Assembly: GCA_024137785.1 (NCBI GenBank) | Contig: JAHRHZ010000029.1 | Location: 11,825,812 to 11,889,811, forward strand | Direction: 5' to 3' | DNA from: Ginglymostoma cirratum | Taxonomy: Eukaryota | DNA length: 64,000 nt | Part shown: in pieces, positions 49,285-62,462 of the stretch | Numbering within the stretch: the stretch's first letter is position 1 | Layout of the letters: each line of letters opens with the position of its first letter | Notes under the pieces: model-generated | What the model was told of the DNA's origin: nothing | Seen by the model: the letters and a program-made list of their open reading frames with translations, nothing else | Databases searched by the model: none | Program-made: the position numbers and the translations under genes

Positions 49285-50120
49285 TTGCATTCATACAGTA
49301 CTTTACTGTAAATAAAATATCCTAAAATGATTCACAGAAGAGTTATAAATCGAAAACGCCCATGTAAGGCAATATTGCGCCGATGACCAAATGCCTGCTC
49401 CTATGATGCTGCTTGACCTGCTGTGCTCATCCAGCCCCATGCTTGTTAGCTCAATAAAAGACCTAAGTTTAAAGTGGCATCTTACAGGAGGAAAGTGAGG
49501 TGAAGAAATGGAAAGATATATGGTGGTGATCCCACAATTTAAGGACTCGGCAGCTGGTGGCCTACCACCATTGGTGCAGAAACTAAAATCACGGTCATTC
49601 AAGAGACCAGAATGAGACGGATGCAGATATCTCAGAGAGTTGTGGAATTGCAAGGGAATACAGAGGGAAGAATGGGCTGGGGGATTGAAGAACAAAGATG
49701 GGTATTTTAAAATCAAGGTGCTATTTATACCCTCTAGTCTATGGAGATTATGAACACAGGGGCAAAAATACACAAATAACTACGGGTGCTGGAAGTCTGA
49801 AATAAAAACAGAAGTGGAAAGAGAGGAGAGTTAACATTTTGGATCCAGAGCTGAAGAACATTCTGAAGTTGGGGCATTGAACTCAAAACGTTAGTTTGCT
49901 TTCTCTTTCTGGATGCTGCCAGGGCTGCTGAGTTTCTACAGCAATGTTTGTCAATGAATACAGGGTTGACTGGTGAGTGTAATTTTGTGAGAGGTCATTG
50001 GTAAGTAATAGTGTTTTTGATTATCACAAAATGAGTAATAGAATGGGGAGGCCTGCACAGGAGCATGTTAAATTCTGTTTCATAAAAAGGCATGAGTGAG
50101 GGTTTCAGTAGCAGAAAAGT
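49285..50120 (-). mobile_element. L2 LINE fragment with nested pLTR pieces (family A ~49394-49447; palindromic family B ~49762-49953)
   Basis: L2-type tail and body on the minus strand; the family B unit is flanked by atgaacacaggg (49750-49761) and atgaatacaggg (49954-49965). Confidence 0.6.
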
Positions 50121-50914
50121 TAAGGCATTAATCGTAGATGAACAATGACAATAAACCTTGGAGTAATCATAAGAGTTATGGGGAAGATTGAGTGTGAAGT
50201 GACCCTAATAGTTAAAGGCAGCTGAAGATTCTTTTTAAAAATGACAAGGGACGTACATCTCTGAGAGATAAATCATTAAAAAAAATTAAGATTTACTGAC
50301 GGTGTTTAATCCTTGCCTGAGATACCATTTATCATGTTCTGCAAGACACTAGTACTTAATGTGAGCACCTTGACAGCAAGGACAAGTTAACAGTGTTAAG
50401 ATGGAGCCTCTAATTGTAGCATTGTTAACTTTGAGTTTGGATGCTTACTGATGATGGTACGAAATCAGAGAGTTTAAATCCCATCATAGAAGATTGTATC
50501 ATTGAAGTTAGAATAATCATCTAGTCGTGCACTGAAACCTTTACAGAAAAGAAACAAAAATGCCTTACTCATGTGCTGTCAGAAAAGGGACCTGACTAGG
50601 ATTTATGCCTCCAGTTGCACTGTCCTTTGCTAGTGATACATCCCAAGGTCAAATTAAGATAGAAGATGCATTGTTTCAACAAAGGTACCCAAGCATCAGG
50701 AAGCACTCAAGGAGAAAGATTATTCTGCTTGATCCCAATGATCTAATTCTTCAAAAGTTTCCTTTAGCACTGGACTCCCACTTTTTTGTGTTACCAACAT
50801 TGCTTAAGGCAAGTTGTGGGCTGATTCACTATTTAAGAGCAAGAAGCATATTATTGAGAGTAGGCAGCACTTGATTAGGAATAGAAACACTGCATTTTGA
50901 TTGGTATCAAATAT

Positions 50915-51372
50915 TAGTTAAAGAACAAAGAACTGCATTAAATTGATGCTTTTCACAACCTTAGGATGGGCCAAAGCGCTTTACTACCAATTAAAGTGTT
51001 GTCACTGTTGTAATAAAGAGAAAAACAAGTTTATTTGCACACAGCATGGCCACATAAGCAATAATGTAACAATGACCAAATGATTTGGGTTTTTTTTATT
51101 GACTTTGGTTGAGACGCAAATATTGGCAGGAATGAGGGGAGATTTCACTGCTGTTCTTTGAAATAGTGGCGTGGGATCTTTCATAATTCCTGAGAGACCA
51201 TGTGGAGCCAGGATTTAACATCGAATCTGCAGGATGGCAACTCCAGCAATGCAGTGCTCCCTCAGTACCACACTAGAATGTCACACTTGAACTTCTGATC
51301 AACTCTTTGGAATGGAACATAAAAGCATATTCGCACTTAGTGATGACAGTGCTATCCACTGAACTATGGTTG
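50915..51372 (-). mobile_element. Deu-domain SINE (SacSINE1-like), near full length
   Basis: Minus strand tactgagggagcactgcattgctggagttgccatcctgcagattcgatgttaaatcctggctcc...aaagatcccacgccactatttcaagaacagcag. Confidence 0.75.
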
Positions 51373-53789
51373 CTATGAAGTTTTTATCATCCTGGAACAA
51401 ATTTCCCAAAGTCTGTGATAAACTATCAGAGGTTCGGGGCAGAGCCTGCAATTTTCTGACCCTAGTGGGAGTGGCAGATTCGTAGAATCATAGCATGATG
51501 TTGCATGGATGGAAGCCATTTTGACTATTGTGCTTCTGCAAGCTCTTTAGTAGAACTACCCAATGAATTCCACCATCCCACATGCACTTTGCCAAACTTC
51601 CTGAATTATCTCCTTTTAAGTATAATCCAAGTTCCTTGTGAAAGTAGTCCCGCACCACCCTTTCATACAATGGATTCTATATTACACCAACTCATCTTTA
51701 AAAATTGTTATCTCAAGTTGGTTCTGATTGCTTTGCCAATCACCTGAAATCTGCATCCTCTTTGTACTGACCAAATGTGACCAGGGTTATTCTCCTAACC
51801 CTTCAATTGTACAATACTAATTCCATGTATTTTTTTCTTATTCCCTCCAATTAATTCTGATTGCGTTAAATTCTATCCTAATTATTGTGATATAATTTTC
51901 TTTAGGGAGTTTGTGTCAATGCCTTAGTGGCGCAAAAAAAAGGTCTTCTTATTATACTAGTTATCTTATATATGTCCTATTGACCAGTAACTGAATATGC
52001 TCTAAACACATTCTTCAATATACTCCATCATATATTTTCACATGTTAGTTATTTGACACATTTGTGAATGTCATTTGCCGAACCACAAATGCTTACTGAC
52101 ATTAGTATCTCAACATAACGTTTTCCTTTCTGGACTTTAGGTGATCTTATCAAAAGATCAAGGTATGCATACATATGTGATGGGGCTCTCTACCTGTATC
52201 ATCTTGCTTTCCTACCCCTGCATGGGACTGATACCTTGGATATCCACAGGAACATCAAATTATACTCTCTTAAAACAAAATAACAATGATACATTACCAA
52301 GAGAAAATTGAAAATTACGAATCTACTCAATTCCAACTTGCTCTAAAATGTATATGGATGTCAGATTACACACATGATGTTTAATCCTAATTTAGTATTG
52401 TATATTTTTCCTTAACTCTAACTCCTCTCCTCAAACACATTCGCCCATACAAGTTACACATTCCACTAATTAGTATCTGACCTCATTCAACAGCAATGAA
52501 TTAACTTTACTGTTCAACAATATTTACTTATTGGGGCCTGAACAGTGTGGGCACTCCTAAGAATTGTAATGAAATCTTACAAGAAGTCCTATCTCAATGT
52601 TGGGAGCAACTAACAAAGTTCCAGTTGTTGAGGCACACTTAACACTCAAGAACTGCAAGTTGTCTGTTAAAGGGAAGCATTGCTTGTTAATGACCTTATT
52701 AATGACACAACTCACCTCATGAATGTGCAGCTTCCTACATTAACACCCACTGCGAGCAAACTAGATTCTGAGCGTTCTTGACATGGATTTCAGAGTGGAC
52801 ATCAGGGACATTCATGCTGGATACTAGGCATGAGCCTCTCAGGACATGCATCATGGGCACCAACCACATGCACCTCATGTCCACTGACTTTGGCACCTGA
52901 CATGTGCCAGCCTCTAAGAACCCTCATAGCACATTTCCACTCCACTTACATGACGCTTCTGCACTTCAATGCTGCACCTTAGAGTGAAACAACAACAATC
53001 AACTGCAAGAGAGGACACTTTGTTCTTAGGAATGCAAATGTAGGCCATGGACTGGACCAGGCTACATCTCCAAGCTGTTGGCTTGCTTTCATTGTACACC
53101 CAGATAAGCTCAGTGTAAGTGAGCACGATGAGAGCAAGCAAAGAGCGCAGAACTGCAGCTTGGTCCAATCCATGAGCTGTGTGAATGTTCCTGAGTACAA
53201 GGTTCCTTGCTGCAGCATTGCAATGATAGTTGACAGTGCAGCATTGAACTGTAGAAGTGTCCTGTGAGTGAATTGAAGATATGCTACAAGGTTGTTTTAC
53301 ACATCAGATGCTTTGTATGTGGACGTGGGGTGCATGTGCCTGGTGCCTATGGAGAGTGCCCCAAAATTTTGGTACTGAGTTCCAGCATGGAAGTCCTTCA
53401 GAGGAAACAGTGAGCTGAATCTGCTGGGTACAGCCTCCAATTTCATGTCCTGTTTTCCTGATATCTAGTTGATCGGACAAGTTTTGTAAGGTCAGAACCT
53501 GAAACTGATAGGGCTATTTGATCAAGGAGCTTAACGGGAGTTAATTCCAGTTAGTTGGCAACATGCTGCTACCTGCTGGGGATAGTGCCAGGCTGTGTGA
53601 GAAAATCATGAAAGGTGAAGTGAGATGATCCCGATGTTGAGATGGGCCTTGCCAGACTTCTCCTCCAATTCTGTCACGCATCTCACAATAGCTGATGTTG
53701 CTTGGGTCCTTGTAAGATTCTGCCCCTCAGGCTGAGAGGTGGCCCTTGCCATCTAAGGAGGGAGGACTTTATCCCCGACATGTGTCTTG

Positions 53790-54935
53790 ACAGAAGAGAA
53801 CAGAATAGCCATTTTTGTCGCATATTCTCAATGATTAGAGTGAAAAGTTTTTACATCACCAATCACAGTGCCTGCTAGATACAAAAGTACGTAGGCACAA
53901 CTTTAGTTACAAGATCTTAGACAACAGAGAGATAAAACATCCAGCATTGCAGAAAAAGAAGTTCAGTACACTAGACCACGCTGGCATTAGGCTTCTGGTC
54001 TGCACCAGGCCCTGGGTCTACGTCAGGCTGGGAGGCCCCTATGGGAGGAAGTTACCACGTCACACCTGGAGGCCACTGCACTAGTCCATTGCCGGAGGGC
54101 CAGGAGTTGTCGCCGGAGGGCCGGGAGTCGTCGCCGGAGGGTTGGGAGTCATCAACGGAGGGCCGGGAGTCATCAACGGAGGGCCGTGAGTCATCACCGG
54201 AGGGTTGGGAATCATCGCCAGAGAGTCAGGAGTCATCGCCAGAGAGTCAGGAGTCATCGCCAGAGGGCCAGGAGTCATCACCAGAGGGTCGGGAATCATC
54301 ACCAGAGGACCGGGAGTCATCACCGGAGAGTCGGGAGTCATCAATGGAGGGTTGGGAGTCATCAATAGAGAGTCGGGAATCATCGCCGGAGGGCCGGGAG
54401 TCATCAATGGAGAGTCAGGAATCGTCACCGAAGGGCCAGGAGTTGTCACCGGAGGGTCGGGAATCATCGCTGGAGGGCTGAGAATCATCATTGGAGGGTC
54501 GGGAGTCATCAATAGAGAGTCGGGAATCATCGCTGGAGGGCTGGGAGTCATCATTGGAGGGTCAGGTATCGTCACCGAAGGGCCGGGAGTTGTCACCGGA
54601 GGGTCAGAAATCATCGCCAGAGGGCTGGGAGTCATCATTGGCGGGTCGGGAGTCATCATTGGAGGGTTGGGAGTCATCACCAGAGGGTAGGGAGTCGTTG
54701 CTCACCAGAGGCCAGGAACTGTTTCCAGAAGCTGGGTGTTGTCACTGTAGGATGGGAGTCGTTTCCAGAGGATAGGAGGGTCGGGAATCATCACCAGAGG
54801 CCAGGAATTGTCACCAGAGGCCGGGAGTCACCAGAGGCCGTGGGAGAAGAGAAAACCCAAGCACCGAGAGGGAAAAAAAGAGAAAAAGAAGAAGAACGGG
54901 CTGAGCAGATGAGCTCCGTCTGGAGTGCCTCCGAT
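53790..54935 (-). mobile_element. Non-coding retroposon-like element carrying an expanded minisatellite
   Basis: Minus strand: CpG-containing 5' block and pyrimidine tract, then the repeat array, then an AT-rich 3' block ending gacaaaaatggctattctgttctc similar to 39640-39710. Confidence 0.5.
54092..54840. repeat. 21-bp minisatellite (consensus ~GGAGTCATCACCGGAGGGCCG), >30 units, degenerating rightward
   Basis: Heptapeptide periodicity in ORFs on both strands (ESSPEGR, GVITGG, MMTPDPP); 147-bp higher-order duplication 54361-54507 / 54508-54654. Confidence 0.95.
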
Positions 54936-56232
54936 GCTTAAACCATCACCTCATTAACTCATGGCAGTCATTACTATTCTAACCGCCTCAGAGAGGAAAA
55001 TCATGCCTTTGTCTTGAAAGATAAATAGTAAACAAATTATAATGAATGAGCAGAATAAGTTAACACATTTACTCCTTTCTAAATAAGGCACAGCTTTCAA
55101 TCTGAATCATCATCACATTCTGAGCAATGTTCTTAAATTCTTGAAGCAGTTGAAATTGATTGCTGTCTGTAATCATGTCAGCCACCTATTCAGAGAAACA
55201 AAGGCCCATTTGGATTCACGCCAAATGAGTTAATTTAGTCTAGACATATTTGACAGTTTAGCAACTTAAAATATCATACCATCCAATGCAAAAAACTTGG
55301 CTCGGCAAACTAGATGTGCTGAACATAGCAGAAAGAGTTGACGCTGCTGGTTTGAAAAACAGGGGACCCTGACAACCACCAAATTCACTGTCCCCTGCTG
55401 AACTCCATTTCAATAGCACGCTGCTTTTTTGCAAATGTGGAATGCCCCTGTGTATGATCTCATCGGAATTCTATACAATGTTCCTGGAATTGGGCACAAT
55501 GCACGGTTGCAAATGATGCTGAATGTTAGCAGGCACTGGCTAAAGAAAGCCCAAGGATAAAGTATCACGTTTCTAAACCAATTGAAACCTTATTTTAGAA
55601 AAAAAGGTGGAGAATCCTTAAAAGACCTCCTGATTTTTCCTCCTTGTACAATGCAAGCTATTTAATCTGTTTCTCCAAATTCCTTTCACTTAAATTATTT
55701 TGTTTTTTCTTTGGTTGACACTTCTGAATTTAAAACGCCCAGACTGTTTCAGTCATAAACTTTGTAGGTTTCAGTGAATCCAGCTTTTAAAAATTCCATT
55801 TTCCTTTATGAGAATTGTGTCATGGATGAAATTCCCAAAGATTGATCATAATATGTGCTCAAACAGAGATTGTGGCCAGCAAACATAATTCAAGATTAAG
55901 TAATTTAAATTTATTTTGTTTAAAACTGCACTTCCTTTTCAGTCAAACCTACAATTCTCACTTAAACTTAAAATTTTGAAACTATTATTGCTACTGTTAA
56001 AAATCAATTATTTGCCATCACTGCCTACTTACTGTCCATTAGCCTAGCTTGTATTCAGATTGCTAATGTCCCTTGAAATATCAGTTTTGTTAATTACATT
56101 GTACTTCTTCACATTGCCTCCATGAGCACAAAGTGTCAGCTGGTATACAAATGCATAAGTTGACACTTCAGGGTAGGGCTGTGGGAGGTGCCATTCCTTG
56201 ATAAGGTGATTAATGGCCTCATCTGCTTTTTA

Positions 56233-56542
56233 AGAATCCCCTACAGTGTGGAAACAGGCCCTTTGGCCCAACAAGTCCACACTGAACCTCAGAGCATCCC
56301 ACCTAGACCCACCCCCCAAACCTACACCTCCCTGAACACTATGGGCACTTTAGCATGGCCAATCCACCTAACCTGCACATCTTTGGACTGTGGGAGGAAA
56401 CCAGAGCACCCAGAGGAAACCCACACAGACATGGGGAGAATGTGCAAACTCGACACACAGGCAGATGCCTGAGGCTGGAATTGAACCCAGGTCCCTGGTG
56501 CTGTGAGGCAGCAGTGCTAACCACTGAGCCACCGTGCCACCC
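56233..56542 (-). mobile_element. HE1-like V-SINE, well preserved
   Basis: Minus strand ggtggcacggtggctcagtggttagcactgctgcctcacagcaccagggacctgggttcaattcc, then V-domain and CR1-type tail. Confidence 0.92.
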
Positions 56543-56570
56543 AATGGTTAGATAACCATTTCAAAGGGGA

Positions 56571-56764
56571 AATAGCAAGAACTACAGATGCTGGAGTCAG
56601 CGATAACACGGTGTGGAGCTGGAGGAACATGGGAGGCCAGGCAGCATCAGAGGAGTAAGAAAGTTGACATTTCGGGTCAGGACCCTTCCTCGGAAATCTG
56701 AAGCCTGACCCGAAACGTCAACATTCCTGCTCCGCTGATGCTGCCTGGCCTGCTGTGTTTGTCT
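56571..56764. mobile_element. Palindromic family A pLTR unit with 13-bp TSD
   Basis: atttcaaagggga at 56558-56570 and 56765-56777; arms are inverted around ggaaatctgaag. Confidence 0.88.
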
Positions 56765-58155
56765 ATTTCAAAGGGGAGTTAGCCCTTGTGTCCTGGACCA
56801 ATAGTTACGCATCAATCTGCATCAGTTAAATGAAAAGTTATCTGACCATTATCACATCGCTGTTGCTAGAACTTGCTGCACACAGAATGGCTGCTGCATT
56901 TCCTTTATTTGAACAGTGACTACACTTATAAAAAGTTAATTGGACATGAAATGCTTTGGCATGTGTATATAATCCCTTCTGATCTTATTGTAATTATTAG
57001 CCCTATCCAAATATATGATGATGCATGTACTTTGGAGATTGATACCTTCAAATAGATTTGAAATAAGTTTTATTTGTAGCTGTAAACCCAAATTATAAAA
57101 GCTATACAAAAGATCTTTTTCTCCATTTCTGAGATCCTTTGTGATGTAATTTGGATCCTTTTTAAGTATTAAGTGTCATGCATATTTCTGAGGCATTTTT
57201 AATTTAGACTGATTTCAGAAACAGTTCGTGTAGCTCCAAAACTAATGAGTCTCTAATGAAACTGAAGAACAGAGATATTTGCACTCCTCATCTCATGAAG
57301 AGTGATAGATATGTGGAATAATTAATGTTGCTTTGACTGGCAATTTTTAATAATTGGGCATAGGCCTGATTGATAATAACAAAGATTATAAGAAAAACTA
57401 TAGTCCTTGATATTTTGATGACCAGACAGTCTGGCGCATTGAAACAGTTGAAATGCATTTGTCAAGCAAATGGTTCAGCCGGGAATATAAATGTTAGATT
57501 GATATCCTGGATTTTATTTTTCATTCTGGTACCTTCACCAGCCGAGGAATTTCATTTTTCATTGAAAGCTGGGCCTTTAATTAGAAGATTAAATAAGTTA
57601 ATGTGAATGTTTGAAAAGGCTTCTTTCCTTGTCTCTTTGGCCTCAATCTTGCACTTGCTCCTGCATCAAATGTGAAGTTGCCTATATGGCTGATGTACTT
57701 TAATACCAGATGCAGATGAAAAGTAACTTCCTGCAAAGTGGAACATACCGCTTGCGTCCGAAGATGTGAAGATCTCATAATTTAAACAGCCTGGACAAAT
57801 GCTTGTATCCTCTTACTTTTCTACATTTCAATCGAACACACTTATGGATCCCAGTTGTTAACTATATGAGAAGGGATTCTGGGTCAACCAGTTTAATTGG
57901 TTTGCGTTAGAGCAGCTGCTATCAGGTGAGTACAAATGTGTTGCAGGTGGCCAAATGTCACCTCAGAGAATATTCAGGTCAAGAAGAAACTCATTAGGGG
58001 TGAGAGATTTGATTTTTGTCAATGAAGCAGCTATTAGAAAGTTAGACATTTCATTATTTATTATTATTGTTAGAAGATATGCCAGTACTTTTAGTCAGTC
58101 ATTTTTCTCCTTGTCCTTTCAAAATCTATGTATTATTGTATTGGCTGATGGATGT

Positions 58156-58462
58156 GATGGCGTGGTGGCTCAGTGGTTAGCACTTCTGCCTCACAGCACC
58201 AGAAACCCATGTTTGATTCCAGCTTTGGGTGATTGTCTGTATGGAGTTTGCACATTCTTTCCATATCTGCGTAGGTTTCCTCCCACAATCAAAAGTTGTG
58301 TAGGTGAGGTGGATTGGCTATGCTAAAGTATCTGCAATGTGTAGGCTAGGTAGATTAGTCATGGTAAATGCAGGGTTAAGGGGTTAGTGTAGGGGTCTAT
58401 GTAGGATGCTCTTTGCAGATTTGATGGGCTGAATGGCCTTTTTTCTGCACTACGGGGTTTCA
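58156..58462 (+). mobile_element. HE1-like V-SINE, decayed
   Basis: gtggtggctcagtggttagcacttctgcctcacagcaccag head. Confidence 0.85.
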
Positions 58463-58469
58463 CTAATGT

Positions 58470-58750
58470 AGCAAGGTCAGCATTTATTGTGGATTCCTAA
58501 TTGCCCTTAAGGAAGTGAGAGAAAGCCAACTTCATAAACCACGTGCAGTCCTTCTGGTGTAGTACAGTGTGCTTCACATCAGGAGTTCCAGGATTTTGAG
58601 CACATGATGATGAAGGAATATGATTTCCTGTCAGGATGATTTGAAACTTGAAGGGGAACTGCAGGTAATGTTGTTTGCACACACCTACTGCCCTTTATCT
58701 TCCAGCCAGTGGAGATGGCATGTTTGGGAATTAATGCTGCTGAACCCTTG
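58470..58750 (-). mobile_element. 3' end of the same CR1/L2-group LINE as 100-860
   Basis: Reverse complement of ~570-835; a further copy at ~59275-59575. Confidence 0.7.
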
Positions 58751-60189
58751 GCATCCCCAACATCACTTGCCAAATCGGCATGGGTCAAGCTTGTAGACTT
58801 ATTTAGCCAGATTGGAATCTGACAGCCATAGTCAGAATCACTTCATTCACGCAGTTTGTTACCCTGCCGTGTGCAAGGAGTGTCACCAGTTTCTGGTCTC
58901 CCTTTCAGTAGGAGAAATGTTGTTATTTTCGCTTCATATATGCTGTTAGTTTATTTCTCTTGTTGTGATTCCAGACTCTGCCCAAGTCTACTCCAAACAA
59001 AATGCCAACACTTGAAAGAGCAAATTACCATTATATTTCAAGTATATTGGTATTCTTGCAGGAATGTAAACAGACATGTTAGATATAATTCTACTTAAGA
59101 GATGTTTGTGCAAATTTTGATCTTAAGGAGCATCTTGAAGGAAGGAAGAAAGACAGAGAAGCTTCAAAAGAGTGTTGTAAACCTTAAGAAAAAGGTAGCT
59201 GAAGGAATAGCCTCCATTGGTGAGATGAAGGAAATTGAGGCTCCCCAAGAGGTTAGAATTGAATGAATTTTATTTTATTTGTTCATGAATTGTGTCTGTT
59301 GCTGGCTATGCCAGCATTTATTACCCATCCTTAATGGAGTAGACAGTGATAGGCTGATTTCTCAAACCACTGCAGTCCCTCGGCTGTAGAAAAATCCACA
59401 TCTGGAAGGGAGTTCCAGGATTATGACCCAGAGACAGGGGAAGGACAATGATATAGTTCCAAGTCAGAATGCGATGTGACTCGGAGGGGAACATGGAGGT
59501 TGTGGTGTCCCATGCATCTGCTGCCCTTGTCTTTCTAAGTGGCAAATGTTTGGAAAGTGCAATCGAAGGAAAGATGACTCACAAGATGCAGAACATGGAA
59601 GATGACTTATCTCTGACAATGCTATCCGTCAGCCAGTTACCATGACGCACGTCAATGTATTCTGGTTTTGAGACTCCAGCAATATAGCCTCCTCTGCTCT
59701 GGGGCATAGACTCACGCTAAACTGGCTCTCATGACCTGACAATCCGACTGACATCTGCAGCTTCCTTTGTGAATTAAAGGTGTTGGCATTTTCACTCCAT
59801 AATCTAGCTGACATTTTTCTTGCCTTTGTGAGCAGATTATCTTGGTTATTGAGAAAACATTGAAAAATCACAATGTTGTAGGAATAGTAACAGAAATGGA
59901 ACCTTTGACTGATGCATCTATCCAACTCCAGCTGAAGTAATCTATTTTCTTTTCATGAATTTTTTGTTTAGGTAGCGCTGCCAGCCCTGTTTTTGACACT
60001 GGAATGACAAATTTAAGGTGTGGAACAGAGTTCTTATTCTTTACCAGGCAGATGACACAGTAAGCACACAAATAAGGACTTAAGAATGCTGTTAAAGACA
60101 TTAAAATCAGTCTTGCTATGCTGCTGATGTCAAGCTCAACTGGGTTTGTGGCTCTTCCATCAAGCAGGCATTTAAAATGCTCATGGAGC

Positions 60190-61345
60190 ATAAAAACATA
60201 AGAAACAGGAGCAGGAGTAGGCAAATTGGACCCTCAAGCCTACATTAGCATTCAGTAAGTTCATAGCTGATCCCACTCTCCAGAAGCCCCCATAAACCTT
60301 GACACCCTTGTTGGTCTTGTTTGTCTAACTCAACCTTGAAAGATCCAATCCCCATCACTGTCTCGGGTAGAGAATTCTGAAGATTAATAATCCTCAATGA
60401 AAAGAAATTCCTCCTCAACTCCAACTTCAATGGAAAACTCCTTAATTTGAAACTGTGCCCCCTCATTAGATTCTCTAATGCAGGAAAAATATTCTCACAG
60501 CATTTACCTTGTGAAGCTCCCCTTAGAATTTTACACGTTTTACTCAAGTCTCATTCTTCTGAATTCCAATATATCAAATTCATTTTTTTTTGGAGGTGGA
60601 GTGATATAGTAGCAATTTCAGTGTAATCCAGAGCCATCAGGGTAATGTTCTGGGGACATCAGGTAGAATCCACCACAACATTTGGTGAAATTTGAATCCA
60701 GTAAAATCTGGATTAAAAACTGGTCCGAAGACCATCATCTGCCAATTGTCATAGAAATCCATCTGGTTCGCTAATGCTTTTTAAGGAAGGAAATCTGCTG
60801 TCCTTACCTGATCTAGTCTACATGTAACTTGAACACACAGCAATGTAGTTGATTCTTAACTACCCTGGGAAATAACCCAAATGGCCAATCATTTCAAGGA
60901 CAATTAGGGATTGGCAACAAATGCCAGCACTGCCAATGATGCCAACATCCCATGCAAGACTAAAACAAACCTGCTCAACCTTTCCTCATAGGACATCGCC
61001 TTCAACCCAGGAATCCGTACAGTGAAGCTTCCAATGCAAGCTTCCCATCTTCATTAGAAGACCAACTGTACTCAACATGTGGCCCACCAACACCTACTCA
61101 GTTCTAGCAAGACTTTTATACTTCACCCTTCTTGAAATAAAGGCTAACATTCCATATGTCTTCCTAATTACTTGGAATATACTTCCATGTTGACTTTTTT
61201 TGGGATTCATGCACAAGGACACCCGGATTCCTCGTACTACAGTTTTTATGGTAACACTCCATTGACGTAATAATTTGTTTGACTATTCCTCTTGTCAAAA
61301 TGGGCAACTTCACCACATTATACTCCATCTGTCAACTTTTTAACC
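60190..61345 (-). mobile_element. CR1 LINE 3' portion interrupted by a SINE
   Basis: ORF 60245-60547 RGHSFKL..ELRRNFFSLR.INL.NSLP; continues beyond the SINE to ~61345. Confidence 0.8.
60592..60965 (+). mobile_element. MetaSINE-like SINE nested in CR1
   Basis: catctggttcgctaatgctttttaaggaaggaaatctgctgtccttacctgatctag core; tail gacaattagggattggcaacaaatgccagc. Confidence 0.8.
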
Positions 61346-61609
61346 ACTCACATGTTTAAAAACCCAATAGATCATCAGTTCTGTAGCTACTTACACAGTG
61401 TGTTGAGTGAAATAGTTTGAGCAGTGAATGCTGTCTCATGGTTTATATTTCACACATGGCAATGTTTGCAGATTGGAGCTGTTTAAGAAGATCATTAGGA
61501 CTTAGTTGGAAGTAACATTTGTACAGCCCCCTTCAGAATGTTCCAATGTGCTTTACAGCCAATTAAGTACTTCTGAAGCGCAGACACAGTGTAGTGTGTT
61601 GATGTGCAT

Positions 61610-62010
61610 GAAACATAAAAAGTTAGCACGTGGCTATAGCAGATAATTGAGAAGATAAGTTGAATTTTGGCCTTTATTCCTAGAAGTTGAAGTTTAAAAA
61701 TATGAAAGTCTTGATATAACTGTACAGGCTTTTGTTGAGGCTGCACCTAGAGAACTATGCACAGTGTTGATGCCTATATTTAAGAAAGGATGTACTGGTA
61801 TTGAATGTAGTGCAAAAGAGATTCATTAGGCTGATTCCTGGGATGAAGGGGTTGACTTATTAAGAATGGCCAAGCCAGTTAGATCTTTATTGATAGATTT
61901 TCAAAGAATAAGGGGTGACCTTTTTGGAACGTGTACAATTTTGAGGGGGCTGCCCAGGATAGAGGTTGAGAAACTGTTTCCACTAGTGGATGAAATTCAA
62001 GAGGGGCTTT
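61610..62010 (+). mobile_element. CR1 LINE ORF2 C-terminal fragment
   Basis: LYRLLLRLHLENYAQC..YLRKDVL.L..VQKRFIRLIPGMKGLTY. Confidence 0.75.
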
Positions 62011-62462
62011 CTCTTCACCAAAAAAAGGAGTAACTAAAACAGAGGGCAGAATATTCCACAGGTGCAAAGGGAGGTTATTTAGGTGAGATGGTGGTAGTTT
62101 AAAACACTGACACATTTGCACCTTTACTAAATTGACTTGTTGTTGGAAAAGCCCAAGAACCAATTTTCACCCTGCAGCCTATTAAGGCCCTTAAGTAGTC
62201 AATTAGTATCTACTTGAGCACCTCTATCAGCCTGGGCTGCACTGATTTTAGCTTCAGGCAAGAAGTTGGCCAATCTGATTGGTCCACCAGTGCAGGCAGG
62301 TGGTCAGTTGGTGGAGGATCCCTCAATCCACACTAATCTGATGGACTTGATCTAGGGAATAGCGTGGCTGCTGAATGCCAAAGACCTGCCCTCATTTCCC
62401 CAGAGTTTCCCACTTTCCATGCAACCTCCAGCCCCTGAGAACACCAAAGGTCTTGAGCCCTT

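Noticed and set aside
50448-50468. CTGATGA-tggtac-GAAATC hammerhead-like core
   Set aside because: Only 6 nt lie between the core boxes, with no pairable stem II or III and no pLTR context; likely chance.
54041-54775. Long ORFs on both strands (146, 199, 161, 94 aa) as a repetitive protein gene
   Set aside because: Explained by a 21-bp unit that lacks stops in several frames; no splice or domain support.
54092-54840. CRISPR-like array
   Set aside because: Units are contiguous with no unique spacers, there are no cas genes, and the context is a vertebrate intron.
56460-56542. tRNA gene (also other A/B-box hits)
   Set aside because: These are SINE heads continuing into the V, Deu or Meta-like body; no full cloverleaf is evident.
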